Of a stretch of 64,000 bases of DNA, positions 1 through 9,172 are shown piece by piece. The notes under the pieces are model-generated. The model was not told the origin of the DNA and made no database searches. It saw only the letters and a program-made list of their open reading frames with translations. The stretch spans positions 736,001-800,000 of the forward strand of contig JBPOGI010000001.1 of assembly GCA_051251855.1 (NCBI GenBank). The letters are read 5' to 3'. This DNA comes from Roseibacillus sp. (GTDB taxonomy: Bacteria; Verrucomicrobiota; Verrucomicrobiia; Verrucomicrobiales; Akkermansiaceae). Position 1 is the stretch's first letter. Every line of letters starts with the position of its first letter. A program made the translations under genes and the position numbers.

Positions 1-1
1 G

Positions 2-232
2 ATGCGGAAGCGGGCGTTGAAGGATAACCGTTTTGACGACGCGAATGATTCGGTGATTGAGCATCGCATCCAAACTTATGAAGAGGAGACGAAGCCGATT
101 CTGGAATACTATGGCGAGGAAATGACGACTGATATCGATGCCACGGGAACTCCGGTGAAGGTGCTCTACGATGTCATCGAGCGGTTGATGAAACTGGATA
201 TTTATCTCGAGATGGCCGGGAAAAAGGCCTAA
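2..232 (+). CDS. adk: Adenylate kinase, C-terminal fragment (5' end outside the window)
   Basis: R.DD....IEHRIQTYEEETKPILEYY...IDA is the typical C-terminus of adenylate kinases. Confidence 0.8.
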   Translation: MRKRALKDNRFDDANDSVIEHRIQTYEEETKPILEYYGEEMTTDIDATGTPVKVLYDVIERLMKLDIYLEMAGKKA

Positions 233-244
233 TCGAATGAAGTG

Positions 245-1177
245 ATGAGAGTGGTGTTTTTGGGGACGGGGGAAATTGCGATTCCGACTTTTCGGGCGCT
301 GTTAGATTCGGATTATGAGGTGGTCGCGTTGGTGACTCAGCCTGATAAACCGGTCGGTCGTCGTTCGGAGCCCCAGCCGCCGGCCATCAAGGTGATTGCA
401 CAGGAAGCGGGGATTCCGGTGTTGCAGCCTGAGAAAGTGAGAGCGGCGGAAGCACTTGCCGAATTGGCCGAGTTGGAGGCGGATGTGATGGTGGTGATGG
501 CCTATGGGCAGATTTTGCCTCAGAAGCTGATCGAGATGCCAAAGAAGGCTATCATTAATTTGCATGCCTCGCTGTTGCCGAAGTATCGGGGCGCGAGTTG
601 TATTCAGGCCGCGATCCAAAATGGAGATTCGGAGACGGGGTGGACGGTGATGCACGTGGTGAAGGCGCTGGATTCCGGTGACATCATCGAAGTGCAGAAT
701 CTACCCATAGCGGCCGATGAGACGGGAGAGACTCTTCATGATAGGCTCGCGGAGGCGGGGCCGGCTTCGTTGTGTTCGGGACTTGAGAAGCTTGCTGGCG
801 GAACGGCGGGAAGGACTCCGCAGGATGAAGAGAAGATGTCTTACGCGCCTAAGTTGGAGCGTGAGCATGGAAGGATTGATTGGTCGCGGCCAGCGGCGGA
901 GTTAGAGCGGCTGGTGCGGGCTTATCATACTTGGCCGGGAACGTTTACGACTTTCGTGGATGGAAAGGGGAAAGAGAAGCGGATGAAGATTTTTCCTCCG
1001 GTGATTTGTTCGGAAGTGACTGGAGTCGCGGGTGAGTTGATTCGCGGGGAAGAAGGAGAGGTCTTTGTCGCTTGTGGGACAGGAGCGTTGCAACTGGGAG
1101 AGATTCAGCCGGAAGGTTCTAAGCGGATGGGTGCAGCAGATTTTTTGCGCGGGGTCTCGGTGGAGAAGTTGGGTTAG
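245..1177 (+). CDS. fmt: Methionyl-tRNA formyltransferase
   Basis: FLGT, VTQPDKPVGR, AYGQIL, INLHASLLPKYRGA and LDSGD motifs; ATG at 245 (GTG at 242 is an alternative start). Confidence 0.96.
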   Translation: MRVVFLGTGEIAIPTFRALLDSDYEVVALVTQPDKPVGRRSEPQPPAIKVIAQEAGIPVLQPEKVRAAEALAELAELEADVMVVMAYGQILPQKLIEMPKKAIINLHASLLPKYRGASCIQAAIQNGDSETGWTVMHVVKALDSGDIIEVQNLPIAADETGETLHDRLAEAGPASLCSGLEKLAGGTAGRTPQDEEKMSYAPKLEREHGRIDWSRPAAELERLVRAYHTWPGTFTTFVDGKGKEKRMKIFPPVICSEVTGVAGELIRGEEGEVFVACGTGALQLGEIQPEGSKRMGAADFLRGVSVEKLG

Positions 1178-1230
1178 GAGAAGAGTGATGACGGCCTCAG
1201 TTGAATGGCTTTTTGAATAAGGCGCTTAGC

Positions 1231-1343
1231 CGTGGCGTTGCCCTCTGGGCTACGAAGGTCAACCCGGGCATCCTGCCGGGGTTGAATCCTACCTCAGCCG
1301 AGACGGCTGAAGGCACCATCGTGGGCCAGAGGCCCACGCCACG
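1231..1343. repeat. REP-like palindrome cluster (inverted doublet with two internal hairpins) between convergent fmt and hom
   Basis: Reverse complement of 1231-1254 (cgtagcccagagggcaacgccacg) matches 1320-1343 (cgtgggccagaggcccacgccacg) at 20/24; internal hairpins tcaacccgggcatcctgccggggttga (1259-1285) and tcagccgagacggctga (1294-1310). Confidence 0.75.
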
Positions 1344-1359
1344 TTGAGTTGTTGCCCTG

Positions 1360-2682
1360 TTAGAGTTTCTCGATGCGGAAGACGACGGGGCGCTCGGTGA
1401 TGGAGTCGAGGGCTTCCACTTTGGCGAGGGTGTCTTTGAGGTGACCGAAGGGGGTCTTGTGCAGGAGGAAAACCATGTCGACGAATTCGGCGTCGGGGTC
1501 TTCGGGGTTGGAGGGAGAGTGGGTGCCGGAGATTCCGACTCCGGCTTCGGCGAGAATGGTGGCGATTTCGGCAATGACGCCGGGGCGATCGGTGACCTTG
1601 AAGCGCACGTAGTAGGGAGTGGCGGTGTCCTCAATGGCCATCAGCTTGGGTTCTTCTTCGGAGGGGAGGAATCCGCGATGGGTGCCACCGTGCTCCATGA
1701 GGCGAGCGGCTTCCACGAGGTCGGCGACCACTGAGCTTCCGGTGGGCTCTTGGCCAGCCCCACGTCCGTAGAAGAGAGATTCGCCGGCGGCGTCTCCTTT
1801 GACGGCGATGGCGTTGAAGACTCCGTTGACGGAAGCAAGAATGTGTTTAGCTGAGATGAAGGAGGGTTGAGTGCGAATCTCGATGCTACCGTCGTCGTGC
1901 TGGCGGACGAGGGAGAGGAGCTTGACCACGTAGCCGAGCTCTTTCGCAAAGCGGATATCGAGGGGTGTGACCATCTCGATACCGCGAACGTAGACGTCCT
2001 CGTAGTTGATGAGTTTGCCGTAGGAAAGGGAGGCTAGGAGAATGGCTTTGTGGGCGGCATCCCAGCCGTTGACGTCGAGGGTCTCGTCGGCTTCGGCGTA
2101 ACCAAGGTCTTTGGCTTCGGCGAGAGCTTCGGGGTAGCCGAGTCCGGCCTCGGTCATGCGTTGGAGAATGTAGTTTGAGGTGCCGTTGATGATGCCGGTG
2201 AGGGACTCGATGCGGTTGCCGACGTAAGACTCCTGCACGGCCTTGATGACGGGAATCGCTCCGGCGACAGCGGCTTCGAAGTGAATGGGGGTGTTGTGTT
2301 CGGCTGAGAGGGCGAAGAGTTCTTTGCCCCGCTCGGCGAGGAGAGCCTTGTTGCCGGTGATGACGGGTTTACCAGCCTTGAGGGCTGCGGCGACGAGGTG
2401 GAAGGCGGCTTGGGTGCCTCCGATGAGTTCGACGACAATATCGACTTCGGGGTCTTCAATAAGAGTGGCGAGGTCGGTTTCGAAGATGCTGTCGGGTGCG
2501 TCGGCTTCGCGGAACTTGTTGAGATCGCGGACGACGATGCGGCGAATCTCGAGCTTGACGGTGCCTTGGGTTCTCTCAGAGATGAGGTCCCCATTACGAG
2601 CGAGAATATTCCATACTCCGGAACCTACTGTTCCGAATCCTGCCAAGCCAACTCCAAGTGTTTTGCAACTCACGAGGGCCAT
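1360..2682 (-). CDS. hom: Homoserine dehydrogenase with C-terminal ACT domain
   Basis: GFGTVGSG, ELIGG, ITGNKALLA, FEAAVAGAIP, GIINGTSNYIL, GYAEAD and ACT motif DRPGVIA. Confidence 0.95.
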   Translation of the reverse strand: MALVSCKTLGVGLAGFGTVGSGVWNILARNGDLISERTQGTVKLEIRRIVVRDLNKFREADAPDSIFETDLATLIEDPEVDIVVELIGGTQAAFHLVAAALKAGKPVITGNKALLAERGKELFALSAEHNTPIHFEAAVAGAIPVIKAVQESYVGNRIESLTGIINGTSNYILQRMTEAGLGYPEALAEAKDLGYAEADETLDVNGWDAAHKAILLASLSYGKLINYEDVYVRGIEMVTPLDIRFAKELGYVVKLLSLVRQHDDGSIEIRTQPSFISAKHILASVNGVFNAIAVKGDAAGESLFYGRGAGQEPTGSSVVADLVEAARLMEHGGTHRGFLPSEEEPKLMAIEDTATPYYVRFKVTDRPGVIAEIATILAEAGVGISGTHSPSNPEDPDAEFVDMVFLLHKTPFGHLKDTLAKVEALDSITERPVVFRIEKL

Positions 2683-2735
2683 TTAGCGCGAAGATGGGAA
2701 AAGGCCAAGTGTTGTGGCTGAAAAAGTTGCAGTCC

Positions 2736-3512
2736 TTAACGAGGGAGCATGAGCTCGTCGTTTTCGAGGCCGGTGAGTTGGCGGAGGCCTTTGAGGAGGA
2801 ACAGCATGCAGCCGACGAGGAAGGCCATGATGGGGAGGCCAATCACGAGGAATCCGACCCAGGTGATGGAGCCGACTGCTTTATTGTAGAGCTCACGGGC
2901 GTTTTCGGCGGTGTAATCGACTTTGTCGGGTCCGAGGAAGTATTGCGCGAGGAAGAAGTTGGCCACCGTTGAGACGAGGAAGGAGGCGGCGAAGATGAGG
3001 GTGCATTGGAAAAGCAGCTTCGCGTAGGGGACCTGTTTAGCATTTTCCTCGATTTTGGCGGTGATGCGCTTGATATCAAAAATCTGGTCGTTGTAGAGGA
3101 AGGTGTTGAGAAGTGGGGTTTTGGTCCAATGGGAGGCGAAGACGGCGATTCCTAGAATGAAGGGAATGGAGGCTTCTTTGAGTCCAAAGAGGATAGGGGC
3201 GGAAGCGTCGACGGAGCCGTCTTCTTTCCAGAGGAATAGGGTGAGACCACCGGTGAGGAGGACGGAGACAAGGCCGAGAACGGAGAAGAAGTTGAGCTTC
3301 TTGTGTTTGAGGAGGAACCAGATGCCGTAGCCGATGGGAAAGGCGAGAGCGACCCCGAGGGCCCACATGGGGCCGAGGTGGTAGAACTTGGGACTATCGA
3401 CAAGTGCTGGGTCTTTGCTGAGTTTGCCCAAGGCCAACACAGGAATGAGAACGTTGACGAGAATGTTGGTGAGTGGATTCTCTTTAGGGGGCTGGGTATC
3501 GACTTCGGACAT
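2736..3512 (-). CDS. Membrane protein, VC0807-like family
   Basis: NILVNVLIP, ALAFPIGYG, NFFSVLGLVSVLLTGG and KEASIP motifs; several hydrophobic helices. Confidence 0.65.
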   Translation of the reverse strand: MSEVDTQPPKENPLTNILVNVLIPVLALGKLSKDPALVDSPKFYHLGPMWALGVALAFPIGYGIWFLLKHKKLNFFSVLGLVSVLLTGGLTLFLWKEDGSVDASAPILFGLKEASIPFILGIAVFASHWTKTPLLNTFLYNDQIFDIKRITAKIEENAKQVPYAKLLFQCTLIFAASFLVSTVANFFLAQYFLGPDKVDYTAENARELYNKAVGSITWVGFLVIGLPIMAFLVGCMLFLLKGLRQLTGLENDELMLPR

Positions 3513-3656
3513 GGTTCGTGTACCGAGAATCTCGACTAGAAGCCCCTCGGACCCAAGGAAAATCTTGCTGCGGTGTGACCGTTGACGAGGGGGTCTTTTT
3601 CGGCATCGGGGGCCTTGTTGTTTGACTGATGGGGGTCACTGCTTTCCACTCCCTGC

Positions 3657-5441
3657 ATGCGGAAGCGTGCGGGAAAATCGGAAGAGGGAAAATCGGGACG
3701 AAAGTTGGCGGTGCTGGGCTTTTACGGCTATTTGGCGAACTATAAGAAGACCTTCTATCCGGCACTGGTGGCTCTCTTTATTACGGCGGGACTGTCGTTG
3801 GCGTTTCCCTATTTCCTGAGTCAACTCATTGGGGGCGTGAAGTTTGGGGGCGAGGAGATGCTCGATGTGGATCATGTGAAGGCGAACATCAATCGCACGG
3901 TGTTGACGCTGGTGGGGGTGTTGGCGTTGCAGGCTTTTGTTTCTTACTGGCGGGTACGTGGTTTCATTAAGGCGGGTGAAAGCGCCTTGAATGATATTCG
4001 GCGCGATGTCTTCAAGCACTTGGTCCACTTGCCGATGAGCTTTTATGAAAAGAGCCGCGCGGGTGAGCTTTCGGGGCGGGTGGCGGCGGATTTGTCGGTT
4101 TTGCGGGAGACTCTTTTGACGACCGTGCCACAGATGATTCGCCAGACGGTGATTTTGATTGGTGGTTTGGTGTTTATCTTTGTGTTTTCGTGGAAGCTGG
4201 CGCTGTTCATGTTGGCCATCATTCCTGTGGTCATTTTGGCAGTGGCCTTCTTTGGGCGAAAGGTGCGGGGGTATTCCAAGGCGGCGCAGGATGCTTTGGC
4301 GGATAGCTCGATTGTGATTGAGGAGAGCACGCAGGGCATCGCGGAAGTGAAGTCGTTTCGGAATGAGGGCTTTGAAGAGAGTCGCTTTGAGCAGTCGCTG
4401 ACGGACTATCTTTCGGTGGTGATGCGGGGAGCGAAAGCGCGTGCGGCGTTCATAGCCTTTATTATCTTTGTGCTCTTTGGGACTATTTCGGTGGTGGCTT
4501 GGTTCGGAGCCGGAATGTTGTCAGAGGGTGAGTTGAGTCAGCGTGAGTTTGTGGCCTTTGTGCTCTTTAGTGTCTTTGTGGGTGCCTCACTTGGTTCGTT
4601 TCCAGAGATTGTGAGTCAGGTGCAAAAGGCGAATGGCGCTACGGAGCGACTGAAGGAGATTTTGGAAGAGGTTCCCGAGAGCGAAGGTGAGTCTTCGGAG
4701 ACGGTGGTGACGGGTGCTTTGGCGGCGCAGGAGATTCGGTTTGCGTATCCTTCGCGGGAAGAACTGGAGGTTATCAAAGGAGTGTCCTTTGAGATTTCAG
4801 CGGGAGAGAAAGTGGCTTTTGTGGGTCCGAGTGGAGGAGGAAAGTCGACGCTGTTTGCGCTTATTCAGCGCTTTCATGATATTTCGGGAGGGACGCTTTC
4901 TTTGGATGGGCGTTCGGTGGCGGATTGGTCGTTAGATGAGTTGCGCTCGGCGATTGCGGTGGTGCCGCAGGATGTGCATCTCTTTGGCGGGACCATTGCG
5001 GAGAATATTGCTTACGGAAAGCCGGGTTCGACTCAGGAAGAGATTGAGGAGGCGGCGCGCGAGGCGAATGCGGCGGAGTTTATCGAATCCTTCCCGGAGA
5101 AGTATGAAGCGGTGGTGGGGCCACGTGGAATGCGATTGTCAGGTGGGCAGCGGCAGCGGATTGCGATTGCGCGGGCGATTTTGGCGGACCCGAAAATTTT
5201 GATGTTAGATGAGGCGACGAGTGCGTTGGATTCGGAGAGTGAGCGCTTGGTGCAGGAGGCTTTGGAGAAGCTGATGAAGGGGCGGACGAGTTTGATTATC
5301 GCGCATCGTCTGGGGACTGTTCGGAGTTGTGATAGGATTCACGTGCTGAGCGGGGGGCAGATTGTGGAGAGCGGGACTCACGATGACTTGTTGGCGGGGA
5401 ATGGCATGTATCGCATGTTGGCGGAGACGCAGCTGTTGTAG
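3657..5441 (+). CDS. ABC exporter, fused permease/ATPase (MsbA/MdlB-like)
   Basis: N-terminal multi-TM domain; Walker A GPSGGGKS, signature LSGGQRQR, Walker B MLDEATSALD, AHRL. Confidence 0.92.
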   Translation: MRKRAGKSEEGKSGRKLAVLGFYGYLANYKKTFYPALVALFITAGLSLAFPYFLSQLIGGVKFGGEEMLDVDHVKANINRTVLTLVGVLALQAFVSYWRVRGFIKAGESALNDIRRDVFKHLVHLPMSFYEKSRAGELSGRVAADLSVLRETLLTTVPQMIRQTVILIGGLVFIFVFSWKLALFMLAIIPVVILAVAFFGRKVRGYSKAAQDALADSSIVIEESTQGIAEVKSFRNEGFEESRFEQSLTDYLSVVMRGAKARAAFIAFIIFVLFGTISVVAWFGAGMLSEGELSQREFVAFVLFSVFVGASLGSFPEIVSQVQKANGATERLKEILEEVPESEGESSETVVTGALAAQEIRFAYPSREELEVIKGVSFEISAGEKVAFVGPSGGGKSTLFALIQRFHDISGGTLSLDGRSVADWSLDELRSAIAVVPQDVHLFGGTIAENIAYGKPGSTQEEIEEAAREANAAEFIESFPEKYEAVVGPRGMRLSGGQRQRIAIARAILADPKILMLDEATSALDSESERLVQEALEKLMKGRTSLIIAHRLGTVRSCDRIHVLSGGQIVESGTHDDLLAGNGMYRMLAETQLL

Positions 5442-5448
5442 AAGTTCT

Positions 5449-5824
5449 GTAGGAGCGTCGACTTCAGTCGTCGGGCACTGTGTTAAGACACCTTGTCGTG
5501 ATGCGGTAGGTCGTGTTTTGCCAAAACCGACCCTCTTGATCACCACTGAAGCCTTTGCAGACTTGGATACGCAGCCACGGTATGACCATGGTCTTATATT
5601 CATTTTCCGATGGGTAAAGAGCCTACGCCGAACAACCCTCATCACAGGGGTCGGCTTCGGCGAAGCACCGACCTACCGCAAGAGGTTAGCGAGAATTTTC
5701 CTTATCACAGTGCCCGACGACTGAAGTCGACGCTCCGGTCTTTGCTTCGGTTCGGTGGGGCGAGTGAGGGCACTCGCGCTCCGTCGGAGCACAAAAAAAA
5801 CAGGGACATGAATGTCCCTGCTCC
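5449..5824. repeat. Nested GTAG-type REP/REPIN cluster between convergent ABC gene and rpsU
   Basis: Outer inverted repeat 5452-5487 / 5701-5736 (35/36); inner inverted repeat 5502-5540 / 5641-5680; further palindromes at ~5757-5782 and cagggacatgaatgtccctg (5801-5820). Confidence 0.85.
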
Positions 5825-5849
5825 GGTAAAACTTGTTGGTTGAGGGAAA

Positions 5850-6095
5850 TTAATCCTCGGTCTTTTCGCCTTCTTTCTCAGGAGACTTGCTGGAGTAGTG
5901 CCAACGGACTTTGTTGCGCTTGGATGCGGTGCGAAGCTTACGTTGGAATTTCTGAGTAGGAGTCTCGAAAGCACGACGGCGGCGCATTTCCTCCAAGATA
6001 CCTTCGGTATCGAGCTTGGTCTTGAGTCGCTTGAGAGCGCGGTCGACGGGCTCACCTTTTTTCATTTCGACTCCGCGGAAAGTTTCGTTTGCCAT
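5850..6095 (-). CDS. rpsU: 30S ribosomal protein S21
   Basis: GEPVDRALKRLK...GILEEMRRRRAFETP is the bS21 signature. Confidence 0.9.
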   Translation of the reverse strand: MANETFRGVEMKKGEPVDRALKRLKTKLDTEGILEEMRRRRAFETPTQKFQRKLRTASKRNKVRWHYSSKSPEKEGEKTED

Positions 6096-6125
6096 ATTTG
6101 AGATCAGTTAATCTTAGGGGCGCGG

Positions 6126-6154
6126 AGGCTATGGGCCACGGACCGAGGCGTCAA
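6126..6154 (-). promoter_or_regulatory. Probable sigma70 promoter of rpsU
   Basis: Minus strand TTGACG-N17-TAGCCT, ~30 nt upstream of the start codon. Confidence 0.5.
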
Positions 6155-6254
6155 GAGGGTAATTTGTGCTTTTTTGCCTCATTTGGGGGGCTTTTGAGAG
6201 GATGACGTCATGAAAAACTGCTGTCAGGGCTTTAAAGTCGGATTATCCTGACTC

Positions 6255-7298
6255 GTGAGCCGGACGATTCTGCATATCGACATGGACTGCTTCTATGCAG
6301 CCATTGAGGAGCGGGATGATCCAAAATTGCGAGGTAAGCCGGTGGGGGTGGGTGGTCGTTCGCAGCGCGGGGTGCTGACGACGGCGAATTATGAGGCACG
6401 TAAATTCGGGTGCCATTCGGCGATGCCGGTGTTCATGGCTTTGGAAAAGTGCCCACATCTGGTGTTGGTGCCCACGAGGTTCGAGGTCTATCGAGAAGAG
6501 TCGCAGAAGATTCGTGCGATTTTCGGACGCTTTACGGAATTGATTGAGCCGCTGAGTTTAGATGAGGCCTTTTTGGATGTGAGTGCCTTGCAGACGGATG
6601 GGGAAGCGGTGGCGCGGGAGATTCGACATCAGATAGAGGAGGAGACGCGGTTGACGGCTTCGGCGGGAATTGCGCCGAACAAGATGTTGGCGAAGGTGGC
6701 GAGTGATTGGGAAAAACCGAATGGGCAGTTTGCGGTGCGTGTGGAGGAGGTGGCGGATTTTGTGAGGGTGTTGCCGGTGAAGAAGATTCCGGGGGTGGGG
6801 CGCAAAATGGCGGAGAAGTTGGCGGTGCTACAAGTGGCGAGTTGCGGTGACTTGCAGGCGTTCGAGCGGGTGGAGTTGGCGAGGAGGTTTGGAAAGTGGG
6901 GAAGTGAACTCTATGATCTCTGTCGTGGGGTCGATGAAAGACTGGTGAGGGTTGAGCGGGAGCGGAAGTCGGTGAGCAAGGAGACGACCTTTCGCGAAAA
7001 TCGAACTTCGTTGGAGGCGTTGGATGAGTCGTTGGCTCCGTTGTTAGTGAGTTTGCGGGAGGCTCTTTCGGGGAAGCATCAGGAGAGGCGGATTAAGTCG
7101 CTGGTGGTGAAGTTGAAGTTCGCGGATTTCGAGACCACCACGGCGGAACGTGCGGGTGGGGCTGTGGATGGAGTAACTTTTGCGGAGTTGTTGCAGGAGG
7201 CGTGGCAACGGGGCGAAGGGCGTGCGGTGAGGCTTTTGGGAGTGGGGGTGAAGTTTGCGGCCAAGGAAGAAAAGACGCAGTTGGAGTTAGGTTTGTGA
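6255..7298 (+). CDS. dinB: DNA polymerase IV (Y family)
   Basis: ILHIDMDCFYAAIE, NYEARKFG, IEPLSLDEAFLDV, KVASDWEKPNG and C-terminal RLLGV. Confidence 0.95.
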   Translation: MSRTILHIDMDCFYAAIEERDDPKLRGKPVGVGGRSQRGVLTTANYEARKFGCHSAMPVFMALEKCPHLVLVPTRFEVYREESQKIRAIFGRFTELIEPLSLDEAFLDVSALQTDGEAVAREIRHQIEEETRLTASAGIAPNKMLAKVASDWEKPNGQFAVRVEEVADFVRVLPVKKIPGVGRKMAEKLAVLQVASCGDLQAFERVELARRFGKWGSELYDLCRGVDERLVRVERERKSVSKETTFRENRTSLEALDESLAPLLVSLREALSGKHQERRIKSLVVKLKFADFETTTAERAGGAVDGVTFAELLQEAWQRGEGRAVRLLGVGVKFAAKEEKTQLELGL

Positions 7299-7308
7299 GT
7301 GATGGCAG

Positions 7309-7386
7309 GTAGCCGGAGTGGTGACACTGCGGGCTGGTTGGCGTGGAGGTTGTATTCCCCGCCCGAATTGTCACCAACTCGGCTAC
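7309..7386. repeat. Inverted GTAG-REP doublet between convergent dinB and the ARH fusion gene
   Basis: + strand GTAG-CCGGAGTG-GTGA-CACTGCGG (7309-7332); - strand GTAG-CCGAGTTG-GTGA-CAATTCGG (7386-7363); same loop, covarying stems. Confidence 0.8.
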
Positions 7387-7395
7387 GGGAGAATT

Positions 7396-9069
7396 CTAGT
7401 CGACCCAAGCGGCGATGAGGTTGGCGGCGTAGCGGGCTTGGGTGGAGTCGGTGAGGAGGTGGTCCGCTTTTTCGAGGGCGAGGAAGGATTTGGGATGTTT
7501 GGCGGCGGAGTAGATTTTGCCGGCGTTTTCGAGTCCGACGATGTTGTCGGAGGGGGCGTGCATGATGAGAAGACTGCGTCTCAGGTTGGCGATGCGTTCT
7601 TCTTGGTCGTGACCGTTGAGGTCGGTGAGAAAGCGTTCGCCGATGTTGAATTTGCGGCCCGCAAGGGTGACTTCGGCTTGGCCTTGGGAACGGATTTGAG
7701 GGAGGTCGTTTTCGAAGAGTTGGGTGACGTGGCCGGGGTCGTAGGGAGCGCCGAGAGTGACGATGTGCGTGAGTTCGGGGATCTCGCTGGCAGCGGCGAG
7801 GACAGCGGCACCTCCGAGGGAGTGCCCGAGGATGAGAGTGGGGGCGGCGAAGTCTTCTCGGAGGTGATTGGCGGCGGCGACGAGGTCTTGGACGTTGGAG
7901 ATGAAGGAGGTGTTGGCGAAGTCTCCGTCGGAATTCCCGAGTCCTGTGAAGTCGAAGCGTAGGGTGGCGATGCCTTGCTCGGCGAGCGCTCGGGAGATGG
8001 TGGTGGCCGCTTGGGAGGCTTTGCCACAGGTAAAGCAGTGGGCGAAGAGGGCGAAGGCGCGTGGGGGAGTGGCGGGGAGTTCGAGGCGGGCATCGAGTTG
8101 GTCTCCATTGGCTCCGGTGAAGGTTACTTTTTGGGAGGTAGGCTGATCGGAGGTGAGGAGGCTTTCGAGGGCGTTGAGTGTCTCATGGTCGGTGAGGTTT
8201 TCCCATAGGCTTGTAGGGGTAGGGCAGCCCGCGGCCGCGAGAAAGACGGCTAAAGGAATGGCGCGGGCTGAGTTGTCGCCGCCGGCGAGTCCGTTGTCGG
8301 AGAGGGTGGTGAGAAAGGCTTCTTCGGTGAGAGTGCTCCCTTGGCTATGCCAGCGAAGGGCGAAGTAGAGGGTGGCGGGGAAGGCTTCGGGGATGTGGCA
8401 GGTGAGGCCGAAGTCGGCGGTGGCTTGGAGGTAGTCGTCGTTGGAGAGAGCGTCTTGGGCTTGTTGAAGCCAATCTTTGGCGGGGAGGTGAGGGTATTTG
8501 GCTGCGGCTGCTTGTTCGAAGGCTGTGGGGATGGAGAGTCCGCTGAGGATAGCGTCGGTGGCGCGGACGAAGAATTCGGCGGCATCGATGACGAAGCCGT
8601 CACCATGGGTGAGCGCGGTTTGGTCGCGAGCGGCGGTAATGCGCTGGTCGAGAGTGGAGTCTTTGAGAAAGAGAGTGGGGACGAAGCGGGAGGCTCCGGC
8701 GAGGTCATTGGAATCGGAGGCGGGATGCTCGATATCGCGCGCGAGGTGCTCGAGAGTGGTTTTGCTGGCTCCGTCGAGGTAGCCGTCGAAGTCGGTCATC
8801 CCATTTTGCCAGACAGAGCGAAAGATGGGGAGAGACCATTGTGGGGAGGCTGCGGTGGCTTGGGCGACGAGAAGCATTTGGTCGCCGTAGTGGGTGAACT
8901 GGCCTTTTTTACGGTGGGGATGGTAACTCGAGTGCGGGTCGTCGAAGTCGTTGATGCCCTCGGGGTAGAGACGGGCGATTTTTCCTTGATTATAGAGCCA
9001 ATGAGGGCCGAGGGAAAGGGCATCGGCGAGGAAGGCGGCTCGGAAGATGTTGGCGTTGGGGTGGCTCAT
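7396..9069 (-). CDS. Fusion of an ADP-ribosylglycohydrolase-fold domain and an alpha/beta hydrolase (OsmC-associated type)
   Basis: N-terminal ADALSLGPHW, GQFTHYGDQ, LTHG, GGDNSAR; C-terminal ALFAHCFTCGK, RFDFTGLG, GHSLGG, KADHLL; ATG at 9069 (ORF open to 9108). Confidence 0.8.
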   Translation of the reverse strand: MSHPNANIFRAAFLADALSLGPHWLYNQGKIARLYPEGINDFDDPHSSYHPHRKKGQFTHYGDQMLLVAQATAASPQWSLPIFRSVWQNGMTDFDGYLDGASKTTLEHLARDIEHPASDSNDLAGASRFVPTLFLKDSTLDQRITAARDQTALTHGDGFVIDAAEFFVRATDAILSGLSIPTAFEQAAAAKYPHLPAKDWLQQAQDALSNDDYLQATADFGLTCHIPEAFPATLYFALRWHSQGSTLTEEAFLTTLSDNGLAGGDNSARAIPLAVFLAAAGCPTPTSLWENLTDHETLNALESLLTSDQPTSQKVTFTGANGDQLDARLELPATPPRAFALFAHCFTCGKASQAATTISRALAEQGIATLRFDFTGLGNSDGDFANTSFISNVQDLVAAANHLREDFAAPTLILGHSLGGAAVLAAASEIPELTHIVTLGAPYDPGHVTQLFENDLPQIRSQGQAEVTLAGRKFNIGERFLTDLNGHDQEERIANLRRSLLIMHAPSDNIVGLENAGKIYSAAKHPKSFLALEKADHLLTDSTQARYAANLIAAWVD

Positions 9070-9172
9070 GATTGGTAGAACCTTCTCTGTGCTGGTGGGA
9101 AAGTGCAATTGGATTTCGAGCGGACAGAGTTGGAGCTAGGGCGTTGGGGGGAAAGTGGGTTAGATTCCCGCC

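Noticed and set aside
6160..6254. SOS (LexA) box upstream of dinB
   Set aside because: Neither TGTTC-N4-GAACA nor CTGT-N8-ACAG is present.
1231..7386. CRISPR array
   Set aside because: The repeats are inverted palindromic doublets, not regularly spaced direct repeats, and there are no cas genes.
7318..9078. Long antisense ORFs here and at 11133-12047, 24816-25778, 53820-54542, 55164-55871 and 56877-57677
   Set aside because: Shadow frames of real genes caused by codon bias; they have skewed composition and no recognisable motifs.
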